Shown here: positions 33,835 through 42,231 of the stretch, piece after piece
Layout of the letters: each line of letters begins with the position of its first letter
Numbering within the stretch: position 1 is the stretch's first letter
Virus record (IMG/VR): IMGVR_UViG_3300044475_000063
Coordinates: 34,392-98,391 of that record
Length of the DNA stretch: 64,000 bases
Reading direction: 5' to 3' (one strand)
Source: a virus
Position numbers and translations under genes: made by a program
The notes under the pieces: generated by a model
What the model saw: only the letters and a program-made list of their open reading frames with translations
What the model was told of the DNA's origin: nothing
Databases searched by the model: none

Positions 33835-34220
33835 AACTGACTCTTAAGCGCGAACCATCGACTACCAAATCTACGCCGAGTAAGCTGTATGTAGATGGCG
33901 TCTTTGAGTGCTATACGCTTGAGGACGTTGTTAGGCCGTCTAAAATCTACGGTGAGGCGGCGATTCCTGCTGGGACGTACAAAGTTATCATCAATATGTC
34001 AAATCGCTTCAAGCGGCTTCTACCGTTGTTGTTGAACGTGCCGAATTATGAGGGCATCCGTATTCATCCGGGCAACACGGACAAAGACACAGAAGGCTGC
34101 ATTCTTCCAGGCGTGACTCGTAGCGTTGATTTTGTCGGCAATAGCCGTGTGGCCTTCGATGCGCTTTTCGCCAAGATGCAGAAGGCGGATTCCATTGAAA
34201 TTACTATCGAGCCAGCATGA
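33831..34220 (+). CDS. DUF5675-like protein; candidate non-canonical endolysin
   Basis: Lies between the holin candidate and the spanins. The motif IHPGNTDKDTEGCILPG resembles the YkuD-type His...Gly-Cys catalytic motif. Confidence 0.5.
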   Translation: MKLTLKREPSTTKSTPSKLYVDGVFECYTLEDVVRPSKIYGEAAIPAGTYKVIINMSNRFKRLLPLLLNVPNYEGIRIHPGNTDKDTEGCILPGVTRSVDFVGNSRVAFDALFAKMQKADSIEITIEPA

Positions 34221-34708
34221 TTTCTATCATCGCCCAATACAAGCGATGGTTTGAGATAGGCACTATTGCGCTGGTGATTATTGGCGCATTGTGGGGCTTT
34301 CATGCTTTCTCGGAAAGGCAGCGCGAGATAGGCAGAAACGAGATTCGCTTAGAATGGCGTGAGGCCGAAGTTAAGCGCATAGAGGCTGAAAACAAACTAT
34401 TGGCCGTACAAAATGCGGCTCGTGATATAGCAAACAAAGAAGGACAAGAACGTGAAAAAGCTATCAATAATGCTTTTGCCGCTAACAGCGCTGCTCTTGT
34501 CAGCCTGCGCGGCACAATCTCAAACCAGCAGGCCCAGCTTGCCACCGCCAATATCGAAACCCTCCGTCGATATTCCAGCACAGCCAGCGCCGTATTTGCA
34601 GAATGCGCAGCAGAATATAGCGAAATGGCAAAAGAAGCTGCAAGAGGCTATAACGCCGCCAGAACGCTAGATCAAGCTTGGCCTACTTCTCCTGCCGAAG
34701 CAAAATAG
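34217..34708 (+). CDS. Rz: i-spanin (Rz-like)
   Basis: N-terminal TM segment, coiled-coil periplasmic domain, and an embedded lipoprotein ORF. Confidence 0.75.
   Translation: MISIIAQYKRWFEIGTIALVIIGALWGFHAFSERQREIGRNEIRLEWREAEVKRIEAENKLLAVQNAARDIANKEGQEREKAINNAFAANSAALVSLRGTISNQQAQLATANIETLRRYSSTASAVFAECAAEYSEMAKEAARGYNAARTLDQAWPTSPAEAK
34452..34670 (+). CDS. Rz1: o-spanin (Rz1-like lipoprotein), fully embedded in Rz in another frame
   Basis: Signal peptide with lipobox LLSAC and a Pro-rich mature region. Confidence 0.7.
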   Translation: MKKLSIMLLPLTALLLSACAAQSQTSRPSLPPPISKPSVDIPAQPAPYLQNAQQNIAKWQKKLQEAITPPER

Positions 34709-34922
34709 GAACCCACTTAGCAAGCCATTCCTTGTCTGCTTTCGAGTAACGGCGAAGTTTGATCTTCGCCCGCTTCACGCAAGACAAAAACAGTTCCTCG
34801 CTCGATTGAATATCGCCAAGACGCCCTATAAGCGCTTGGCGTTCTTCCTCATCACGCATTGAGATATCCATAGAAGCCATCCTTAAAACTATATTCTGAA
34901 TGGCTTCTATGATACCGTCCAA
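34683..34922 (-). CDS. hypothetical protein (79 aa)
   Basis: Last gene of the leftward operon, convergent with Rz. Confidence 0.45.
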   Translation of the reverse strand: MDGIIEAIQNIVLRMASMDISMRDEEERQALIGRLGDIQSSEELFLSCVKRAKIKLRRYSKADKEWLAKWVPILLRQEK

Positions 34923-34967
34923 TTGATTGTTGCTATCAAAATGCGTGGGCCTCGCCTAGTTCGTTGG

Positions 34968-35816
34968 TCATGGCTCGTCCACTTCACGATAGATAAAGCA
35001 CTTTTCGCATTGGTCATTAAGGCCAATACCTGCTGGTTTCCATTGGTGGGTGCATGAATCACTTAAGCCGGCAGCTTTGAGGGCAGCACGACCATCGTCA
35101 AGAGCTTTAGCCCATCGGCCAGCCCAATGGGGCTCTTTCGGTTGGTTCGGCCACGTTACAAGGATATTTCGTAGCGCTTCTACCAGCACCTTGTTAGGCT
35201 GTGTTTGCGCTTCAATATCTCGTGCAAATGCAATCAGCGCCGCGTCAGGAACGTCATCAGATGTTTCTATGCCAAATTGCGCAGCAGTCATCAACACCGC
35301 AGTATCATCTAAGCCATCGCTATGTGTCGCCTTGTTAGGCGCACTGTTGGCGAGAATGGCACGGGCGAACTGCAAGTAACCGAAGCTTTTGCAGAACTCG
35401 CTATAGCCGCCCAACTCATCGAAAATCGCGCCGATACGCTCATCGCTCATCACCACTGGCTTAGCTTGTGCAGCGATGGCGGCGCGGGCGTAGTCCTTCA
35501 TGGCGCTGATGTTCCAGTAGCGCACCTTGGCGATCTCGCCGTCTGCATTTGGCAGCGGTGGAAGTTCCGGCTCTTCCGCTCCGCTGGCTGGTGGAGTGGC
35601 AGCGCGGAGCATCGCTTGCCGCGCCGTCTCGGATTGCGCCAAGGGGATAGCGTGAGGCTTGTCCAGCGCACCGAATAACTTGGCCGCTTCGCGTAATTTG
35701 CCATCGCGCAGCAAGCCGGTGTCTTGCCATTCGATCTCGTCTGCGCAGCATTCCGCCAGATTGGCCGCGACAAATTCCTGCGCTTTGCTGCGCGCATCTT
35801 TCATTTCGTTGCTCAT
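34968..35816 (-). CDS. hypothetical protein (282 aa)
   Basis: Long ORF in the leftward operon. Its start overlaps the upstream stop. Confidence 0.6.
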   Translation of the reverse strand: MSNEMKDARSKAQEFVAANLAECCADEIEWQDTGLLRDGKLREAAKLFGALDKPHAIPLAQSETARQAMLRAATPPASGAEEPELPPLPNADGEIAKVRYWNISAMKDYARAAIAAQAKPVVMSDERIGAIFDELGGYSEFCKSFGYLQFARAILANSAPNKATHSDGLDDTAVLMTAAQFGIETSDDVPDAALIAFARDIEAQTQPNKVLVEALRNILVTWPNQPKEPHWAGRWAKALDDGRAALKAAGLSDSCTHQWKPAGIGLNDQCEKCFIYREVDEP

Positions 35817-36073
35817 GCTTTCTCCTTTGCGATAGCCGCATCGATTGCCGCATCAATCCCCATGCCGCCAGCATGGATGCGCTTGCTCATTGGCTCCCAG
35901 GTTGAATCGCCAACATCGCGGAGCCATTTGTATCGCTCAGCATCGGCAGCGAGGGACTCGATGCGAGCGCGGAGTTCGGCGATTTCTGCACGGTACAGTT
36001 CGCAGTTATGTTCGTGACTGACGAAGCCGTGTTCTCGCAAGCGCTCTTGATGAGTCTTGATTTCGTTGTTCAT
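35813..36073 (-). CDS. hypothetical protein (86 aa)
   Basis: Operon packing. Confidence 0.5.
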   Translation of the reverse strand: MNNEIKTHQERLREHGFVSHEHNCELYRAEIAELRARIESLAADAERYKWLRDVGDSTWEPMSKRIHAGGMGIDAAIDAAIAKEKA

Positions 36074-36076
36074 GGT

Positions 36077-36322
36077 TTATTCCTTAGTTGCGCGATTTTC
36101 GTATTGTTCGGACTCGACAGAGCGCGAGTAAGCGCCGTAGAGGTACATTGGGACAAAGACAGCGGCCATCACGCCAGCGCCTAATAGTGCGCCTTGCCAG
36201 CCCCCTTTAGAGCCAGCCAGCGCGCCAATGAGAAGGAATGCGACTATCAGCAATGTGCCGGGATGCTCCCCTACGTGCGGAAGAGTCCCGCAGCCGCGTA
36301 TGATGTGGCGAAGTGTTTTCAT
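36077..36322 (-). CDS. membrane protein (81 aa, 2 TM)
   Basis: Hydrophobic segments LLIVAFLLIGALAG and LLGAGVMAAVFVPMYLY. Confidence 0.55.
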   Translation of the reverse strand: MKTLRHIIRGCGTLPHVGEHPGTLLIVAFLLIGALAGSKGGWQGALLGAGVMAAVFVPMYLYGAYSRSVESEQYENRATKE

Positions 36323-36324
36323 GG

Positions 36325-36741
36325 CTATTCCTTGGTTGCGGTAATGGCGGCTCTTTGGCGATCAATAGACGCCTTGGCGGCATCGCAGCAGCATCCTGCT
36401 CCCCGGTGGTCATGCATGCCGCCGTTCGGGTCTTCGTAGTCGCAGCCTGGATTGCAGAACGGCCAGTCCGGAACAATTTCTATTGCCGTCGCTGTATTTT
36501 GTCGCATCAGGCGGTATTGTTCAGCGTCCTTTGCCATTCTGCTTACTTGCTCTAGCACAGTAACGTTTCCACCGTCTGGTTGATCCATGTAGTAGGTCGA
36601 TGGAAGCAAAGAAGCAACTGCATCCATAGCAGCTAGCCAGCCTTCCCCGCGTAGTTGTTCCGCATCATCGCCAGAAGGCGCGGCGGGTGGTTGAGGGGGC
36701 ATGTCAGTTTCGCCGCCGATAAAATCGGCTCGCTCCCACAT
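36325..36741 (-). CDS. hypothetical Cys-rich protein (138 aa) starting with MWERADFIGGET
   Basis: Overlaps the 3' end of 36633..37541 by 109 nt. The motif is shared with 39045..40547. Confidence 0.5.
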   Translation of the reverse strand: MWERADFIGGETDMPPQPPAAPSGDDAEQLRGEGWLAAMDAVASLLPSTYYMDQPDGGNVTVLEQVSRMAKDAEQYRLMRQNTATAIEIVPDWPFCNPGCDYEDPNGGMHDHRGAGCCCDAAKASIDRQRAAITATKE

Positions 36742-37541
36742 GCCAGGAAATCTGTATCTGCAAACAGGTTAGCCGTGGCGTTGCGGACATAAGCAGCCAC
36801 AGCTTTCCCCAGCAAGTTACCCTCTTCAGTCAGCGTATTCACATACGGATGCTCGATGTGGCTGGCTTCGCTCCAGCCCACCGGACGACATGCTTCCCAC
36901 CATGCAATAGCCGCTTTAATGACGCCTTCCGGCACCTCTACAACTGCTTGCAGGGAGGGTGCTGGGTTGGTGTATAGTGGAGTAACTTCCCAATGCTTCG
37001 CTTTTTGATCTCGCATCTCAACCATTTCTGATTGCGAATTGGTATAACGCATTTTCCCGGTTACAGTATTTACGCAGAACCATGCCAACGGCTCTTGCTT
37101 CTCCCCCTCGCGCAGCACAGGAGCAGCCTTGTAAGCTTGCAAAGCTCGCTCCAGACGATCTCCAACCTCTTCGCCATGACCGTTCTGCCAGCCAGTCCAC
37201 GATTGTTCGTTGCAGCCTTCATGCAGAGCATCCAACGCGGCAATTACTTCGTCGGCTAGCATAACCTTGTCTAGGCTTTCGCGCAGCACGCGCTCAGCCT
37301 GAACAGGGCGCGGACGCTTAGTCGCAGGGTCCCAATCTTCTGCTTTCAATTGCGCACGCGGAGGGAACATGGCGGCGTCAATTTCAGCATCAGTCAGCGG
37401 TAGCGATTTCAGCACGCGCTCAGCATTAGCCTGTGCCGCGTTGAGCTTCTGCCACAGTTCCGGCGACTCTCCGCAGTCTTTGAAGTCAACCAGCTTCATC
37501 GCCTCTATGCACTGGCGGAGGGCTTCGTGGGCGGTAATCAT
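36633..37541 (-). CDS. hypothetical protein (302 aa)
   Basis: Long ORF. The last ~36 codons are an out-of-frame reading of the next gene. Confidence 0.55.
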   Translation of the reverse strand: MITAHEALRQCIEAMKLVDFKDCGESPELWQKLNAAQANAERVLKSLPLTDAEIDAAMFPPRAQLKAEDWDPATKRPRPVQAERVLRESLDKVMLADEVIAALDALHEGCNEQSWTGWQNGHGEEVGDRLERALQAYKAAPVLREGEKQEPLAWFCVNTVTGKMRYTNSQSEMVEMRDQKAKHWEVTPLYTNPAPSLQAVVEVPEGVIKAAIAWWEACRPVGWSEASHIEHPYVNTLTEEGNLLGKAVAAYVRNATANLFADTDFLACGSEPILSAAKLTCPLNHPPRLLAMMRNNYAGKAG

Positions 37542-37954
37542 GCGAATGGGCCCGTTCGATTGTCGTCGCCCATCTTCTTCAAACCTTGCAGAATATGGGT
37601 TGCCAGAGTCATGTATTCGCTGATCTGGCTTTCAGTCGGTGGCTCGCTGCTGTATTCGCTGATCGCCTGCAACGTGTCGCATCCGCTGCACGAGCCGTAG
37701 CTGACTTTCACATACCAGTAATCATCAGGCTGATAACCACCGGCCGCGATTACGAAAACGAGCGTTCCTTGGTAGTCACCGTCATCAATCTGGTGGATGC
37801 GGGCCGGATCTGGTGAGTCGTATTCGCTATCGCCGCCTACTACGCGAACAACGGCTTCTACGATATCCTTGTAACTGTCAGGATGCTTTGCTGCGAACAC
37901 AGAACGCAACGACTCACGGTTTGCATCAAAGCGCTCGATAAATTCTTTGATCAT
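37538..37954 (-). CDS. hypothetical protein (138 aa, YGSCSGCD motif)
   Basis: Operon packing. Confidence 0.55.
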   Translation of the reverse strand: MIKEFIERFDANRESLRSVFAAKHPDSYKDIVEAVVRVVGGDSEYDSPDPARIHQIDDGDYQGTLVFVIAAGGYQPDDYWYVKVSYGSCSGCDTLQAISEYSSEPPTESQISEYMTLATHILQGLKKMGDDNRTGPFA

Positions 37955-37984
37955 TCTCTTCTCCTATGCTGGCACTGCCGGCGG

Positions 37985-38215
37985 TTAGACTTCTGGTGGT
38001 GGTGGAAGTGGCTGCCAATGTGTTGGCTGGCTATCTCGGGTATCACGAGTTCCAAACGTGCGCTCACGGTCATCGGACCAATATGGCCGAGGTTTTTTGG
38101 CGTAACGGTCATCGTTGTACCATCCGAAAACAATCTTATCGCGTTCGCCTCGGCGTGCAAAAAGCATGATTCGGCTACCATCACGCGGAGCGGTTTCGAT
38201 TGGCAGCCAGCTCAT
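37985..38215 (-). CDS. DUF551-like protein (76 aa)
   Basis: N-terminal WLPIETAPRDGSRIMLF and C-terminal THWQPLPPPP are typical of DUF551. Confidence 0.6.
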   Translation of the reverse strand: MSWLPIETAPRDGSRIMLFARRGERDKIVFGWYNDDRYAKKPRPYWSDDRERTFGTRDTRDSQPTHWQPLPPPPEV

Positions 38216-38358
38216 AGCATCACTCCCTTATACCAAGCCGCAAACTCAGGCGCATAAAACAGCACCACACAGCCAGCCACCAGACCAGCAAAACCGGCAA
38301 AGTAGTAGAGCGCTCCGGTCAGCAACCATGGGCGCGATGTTGGGATGGCGGCCTTCAT
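38212..38358 (-). CDS. small membrane protein (48 aa)
   Basis: Not in the ORF track. Sequence MKAAIPTSRPWLLTGALYYFAGFAGLVAGCVVLFYAPEFAAWYKGVML. Overlaps both neighbours. Confidence 0.35.
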   Translation of the reverse strand: MKAAIPTSRPWLLTGALYYFAGFAGLVAGCVVLFYAPEFAAWYKGVML

Positions 38359-38552
38359 TGCGAAGCCGCCATAGCGTAGATTTCTTCCTGTACCGATTCA
38401 CGCGGCGTGCTCATATCGCCGAACTCGGCATAATCAGTAGCCGACCAGTCCCACCACATAGCGATGCCCATGCTTGGAATTTTGTGGGAGCCGATGAAGG
38501 TATAACGGACGCGCCATTGCAGACGGTGAATTGCTTTGATGATCTTGCTCAT
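38355..38552 (-). CDS. hypothetical protein (65 aa)
   Basis: GGAGAGAAGC RBS. Confidence 0.5.
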   Translation of the reverse strand: MSKIIKAIHRLQWRVRYTFIGSHKIPSMGIAMWWDWSATDYAEFGDMSTPRESVQEEIYAMAASQ

Positions 38553-38634
38553 GCTTCTCTCCTATTGGTTGTGGGTACTGCCTCAGTGCTTAACCCGGCT
38601 CGGGGCCGGGATGGGTGATGCTGCTGTGATTTGA

Positions 38635-38799
38635 TTATTCCGGCTTTACATCGATCTTGATGATGATGTCGTTGCCTTGGCCGTCGGAAGAGTTAATCAT
38701 TGCCATAGTGTCGCCGGTTGCAACGCCAGCGAAGCCATAGGCGGCATTCAAGCGCTGAGTAGCGTAACGAACGATGTCTGCGAGGATTGCGTCTTTCAT
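38635..38799 (-). CDS. hypothetical small protein (54 aa)
   Basis: Not in the ORF track. AAGGAGAAACACA RBS before the ATG. Confidence 0.4.
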   Translation of the reverse strand: MKDAILADIVRYATQRLNAAYGFAGVATGDTMAMINSSDGQGNDIIIKIDVKPE

Positions 38800-38828
38800 T
38801 GTGTTTCTCCTTCTTGGTGGTGGTTGAA

Positions 38829-38909
38829 TTACTTCCCAGCTTTGATGAACTGCGCAGCCATTGGAGCTACGATCAGAGACAGCAGAAGCCAGATGATGAA
38901 AATGTGCAT
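38829..38909 (-). CDS. 26-aa hydrophobic peptide (MHIFIIWLLLSLIVAPMAAQFIKAGK)
   Basis: AGGAGAACACC RBS before the ATG. Single TM segment. Confidence 0.3.
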   Translation of the reverse strand: MHIFIIWLLLSLIVAPMAAQFIKAGK

Positions 38910-39044
38910 GGTGTTCTCCTATTTGCGCTGCGGGATTCGCTGCGGCATGTAGTAACTATACGCACTAGATTATTTAGCGTCAACATAAAAGTTGACTTGT
39001 GTGGAAATACAACAGGCGTAAAAAAGCCCAGTTAGGGGCTTGTG

Positions 39045-40547
39045 TTATTCCGCTGGCTTGGCGGCGAGAGCGCGGATAGCCATTGCCTGTTCGGTGAAGG
39101 TCACGATGCCTTGATCGGCCTGATAGTCCTCGATAGTACGCGCCGCTTCCTCAATCCCGGCAGCGCGGCCCTTGGCGAACGCCTCGTCGCGTTCAGCCAT
39201 CAGCCCGTGCGTTACCTTGCAGGCTTGCTCATTGGCGCGACGCATGCCTGCCTCGAATGCCTGGCTCAGCGCATCGCCCTGTGCGACAGGTGGCACCTTC
39301 CATGCCAGCGTGTACTTGCCGCATGCGCTTTGTTGCGCTTTCATCATCTCGCCAGGCTTAATATTTACGGGGATTACCCCGGTAACGAAGTTGCCATTGC
39401 TATCTGGCCAGCCACCATTTTCGGCAACGTGGATTTCTACACCGGCCGGTGGCGCATCACCCTGACAAGCACCAGCGTCAACCGCTTTCTGCTTCCAGTA
39501 TTTGATTTCCGCCCTGGCGTCCGAAAGCCGTAGATCGGCCAGCGCATCACCCTGCGCGGTGGATGACTGGGCGGAAAACTTCGACACAACGGCTGCTGCT
39601 GCGTGAATAGCGCCGTTGAACGCAAAGCGCTTGTCCGGCGTCATCGAAGGATCAGGCTTTATCGCCAACACAGCGGCGTGAATAGCCTTCGCATCTACTG
39701 GTGCTACATCTGCCTTCGCTTTCAGCCGCTCAATCTCCCGGCGCACGATGCCCAGCGCGGCGAACTCGTACCCTGTCAGATCGCCATCCGGCACACACGA
39801 TTGCAGGCCCAGCAGGTCAACGATGCTGCGCAGGCGCGCGGTGGCGTCGACGTCCCAGGCTGGCGCTGTCTCAGTCTCGCCCCCGGTAAAGTCGGCCGGC
39901 TCCCACATGCCGGGGAGTTCTTCGGCTGGCGCTGCATCTGCTGGGGGATGGGCGGCTTCCAGTTCCCATTCACCGTACATGCCGCCTGTTCCGTTTTCAC
40001 CAACCACGTTGTAAGGTTTAGTTTGGTCAGGGTAGATGCGTTGAATCACCCCTTCTCGCTTAAAACTATCCGTGGTTATTACTCGATCCCCGGCAGAGAA
40101 CTTCATAGCAACACCTGCCTGCTTGGAGGATGCTGTCACATCAGCGGCTACAGGCGCGGCGGCTGGCTGTGGGGAGGCGACAGTGAGAATCTGACTAGGG
40201 ACAACCTGAGACGATGAAGTATCTCCGTCTGCGCGCACTTGATAAAAAATGTGCGGTCGCTTGTCCTTGCTCCAACGGGTTTCAGATTTCGTGATGATGC
40301 CGCCGTAAATGTGGCCAAACTCGTTGCGTACCTCTACCCTGTCTCCCTTATAAAATGATGGAATTCCTTCCGGCACCGCCACTGTCGGCACGCTGGCTAC
40401 TGGCGCGGACTGGCGGGTGGCGGCGATGGCGCGGGCGAACGCTCGGTAGTTCTCGACGCCGCCCAGCGCTGCATACGGCTCAGCAATCACATCGATCTGC
40501 TCGTCGCTCAGCCCTTGAATGTCTTTGTTCGTTTCCATGGTGGTCAT
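39045..40547 (-). CDS. large hypothetical protein (500 aa) with two KOW/SH3-like GDRV segments
   Basis: Longest ORF of the leftward operon. Contains MWEPADFTGGET and a C-terminal ...AMAIRALAAKP module similar to that of 40730..41473. Confidence 0.65.
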   Translation of the reverse strand: MTTMETNKDIQGLSDEQIDVIAEPYAALGGVENYRAFARAIAATRQSAPVASVPTVAVPEGIPSFYKGDRVEVRNEFGHIYGGIITKSETRWSKDKRPHIFYQVRADGDTSSSQVVPSQILTVASPQPAAAPVAADVTASSKQAGVAMKFSAGDRVITTDSFKREGVIQRIYPDQTKPYNVVGENGTGGMYGEWELEAAHPPADAAPAEELPGMWEPADFTGGETETAPAWDVDATARLRSIVDLLGLQSCVPDGDLTGYEFAALGIVRREIERLKAKADVAPVDAKAIHAAVLAIKPDPSMTPDKRFAFNGAIHAAAAVVSKFSAQSSTAQGDALADLRLSDARAEIKYWKQKAVDAGACQGDAPPAGVEIHVAENGGWPDSNGNFVTGVIPVNIKPGEMMKAQQSACGKYTLAWKVPPVAQGDALSQAFEAGMRRANEQACKVTHGLMAERDEAFAKGRAAGIEEAARTIEDYQADQGIVTFTEQAMAIRALAAKPAE

Positions 40548-40729
40548 TCCTTAGGTTTTGGTTTCACCGCATCGGTGACGTTTTTGCCTGCGGAGTGGAG
40601 CAGGTCAGCGGTGCGACTGAACGGATGACGCCCGGAGTCGGCGGATTCCGGCAGCGTTACCACATCAACCACGACAGCGACTGGGGACAGCGTGACAGCT
40701 ACAGCGGCTTTTACGAGTTTTAGCAACAT
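40544..40729 (-). CDS. small membrane protein (61 aa)
   Basis: Operon packing and a hydrophobic N-terminus. Confidence 0.45.
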   Translation of the reverse strand: MLLKLVKAAVAVTLSPVAVVVDVVTLPESADSGRHPFSRTADLLHSAGKNVTDAVKPKPKE

Positions 40730-41473
40730 TCACCCCTCCGTTTTGCTGAGTGCGCGAATGGCGGCGGCATAAGCCAAGCCCATCAGGTTATGTTTATTGC
40801 GCGGCGTTACGGTACGCTCGTTTGTCTGACCATCAGGGCCGTTTATGACGTGCGTTTCCTGCGTCTGCTCAATCAGCTTCGCCGCCTCTTCCAGCGCAGC
40901 AGCGCGGCACTGGTGGCCGTAGGTGCGGAGCATGTTGCGGATACGCTGCTGCTCCACGCGGCTCCAATCGCCTTCAATAAGATCAAGCAGCGGCGGCAAC
41001 TCCCCTGCTATGGGCTGGGCCGGTGCTGGGTCATCGCAGCCGGGCTTGCATTGACCGAAGCCTTGGCATGCACAACCACGCAGCGCCGCTTGCGCATGCT
41101 GCTGTGGGGCGGAGGCTCGCTCCTTCAGGTTGCCGACATGGCGAACTGCATCAGCCAGCGCCGCGCGCTCAACACTTAATTCAGCTTGGACATCGGCCAC
41201 AGCCTTTGCTGCAACTGCTGCGGTGTGGGCGTCGATGTGGCCTACTAGTGCAGCATGATTCTCGCGGTAATTTTCAATTCTTGCGGCGTATTGGCCTAGC
41301 AGGTTGTTGAATTCAGGCGTGTCTATAGTGCCTGTTATCACGATAGGCTGAGTAAAAAGCACGCGCCCCAACCAGTCGCATTTGTTGACCATTTCTTCTT
41401 GCTTTTTTTTAGTCGTTGCAAACCATTCGGCTTCTTCGTTAGGGCGCATCTGATATATTATTTCTTGGCTCAC
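40730..41473 (-). CDS. hypothetical protein (247 aa), Ea22-like position
   Basis: Coiled-coil centre and a Cys cluster CACQGFGQCKPGC. Confidence 0.55.
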   Translation of the reverse strand: MSQEIIYQMRPNEEAEWFATTKKKQEEMVNKCDWLGRVLFTQPIVITGTIDTPEFNNLLGQYAARIENYRENHAALVGHIDAHTAAVAAKAVADVQAELSVERAALADAVRHVGNLKERASAPQQHAQAALRGCACQGFGQCKPGCDDPAPAQPIAGELPPLLDLIEGDWSRVEQQRIRNMLRTYGHQCRAAALEEAAKLIEQTQETHVINGPDGQTNERTVTPRNKHNLMGLAYAAAIRALSKTEG

Positions 41474-41700
41474 TTTGGTTCCTCTTTGATGGTGATTTCG
41501 CTTGCTGGTATGAGTTCAGGATTGCCAGCTAGATAGACTGCTGTAGACCAACCAGCGCCAATCGGGCTTGGGAAGCGCTGGAACTCTTGAATGTAATGCT
41601 TGGTTCCCTTGTAGACCACAGGCCAGCCCAATTCCTGCGCATTCATTAGCATGCGAGCGTGTTTGTATTCTGCTTCGGCTGGGCTGGTTTTGTCTGTCAT
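41470..41700 (-). CDS. hypothetical protein (76 aa)
   Basis: Overlapping stop/start. Confidence 0.5.
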   Translation of the reverse strand: MTDKTSPAEAEYKHARMLMNAQELGWPVVYKGTKHYIQEFQRFPSPIGAGWSTAVYLAGNPELIPASEITIKEEPK

Positions 41701-41876
41701 TTTTTTTCTTCAAAATTAGCGCACGATGTAAGTTCACCATTGTTATTTCGGAAGAAATACAAATCATTACCTTCTCGGCGCTCAACATTATATGTTTTTC
41801 CAAGTGTAACAATCCCATCTTCAATATCCCACTGTGCAGCAGAATTGGTAGCTTTATATGGGGTGATAGTTTTCAT
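41697..41876 (-). CDS. hypothetical protein (59 aa, MKTITPYKATNSAAQW...)
   Basis: Not in the ORF track. GGAGAGGG RBS and an ATGA overlap downstream. Confidence 0.4.
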   Translation of the reverse strand: MKTITPYKATNSAAQWDIEDGIVTLGKTYNVERREGNDLYFFRNNNGELTSCANFEEKK

Positions 41877-41949
41877 TTTTCCCTCTCCTATTTATCCCGC
41901 AGCCCAACGCCGCGCCATGTAGAAAGCATACCTATCCAATTATCCGGCG

Positions 41950-42231
41950 TCAACCAAAATCGCTAAACGATACGCCAATGTTGCAGCCAAGCCACAGCAT
42001 GAATTCAATAAAACAATCAGCGCGTGAAACGTCCATACGCGATGTTTTCTCCGGTAGCGGAATGTCTGAAACGGGCCTGCCGTCTGCCTCTGCAAGCGAC
42101 GCTTCAAAGTATGAACACAAGACTATCTTCCACTCAGCAGACGTTAGATAAACGCCTTCGTGATGCCATGAGCGCGCAAAATCGCCTATTAGGGCGTGAA
42201 TGGCTTTATTTTGTTGCGCACTCCTAAGCAT
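41950..42231 (-). CDS. ninB: NinB/Orf-like recombination mediator (93 aa)
   Basis: The segment RSAQQNKAIHALIGDFARSWHHEGVYLTSAEWKIVLCSYFE parallels lambda NinB (RSLDQNRKLWACLGDVSRQVEWHGRWLDAESWKCVF). Confidence 0.55.
   Translation of the reverse strand: MLRSAQQNKAIHALIGDFARSWHHEGVYLTSAEWKIVLCSYFEASLAEADGRPVSDIPLPEKTSRMDVSRADCFIEFMLWLGCNIGVSFSDFG

Noticed and set aside
39042-40723. Plus-strand ORFs (163, 204 and 122 aa, and others) opposite the 500-aa leftward gene
   Set aside because: These are shadow ORFs in a GC-rich gene with no translation signals. They conflict with the continuous leftward operon.
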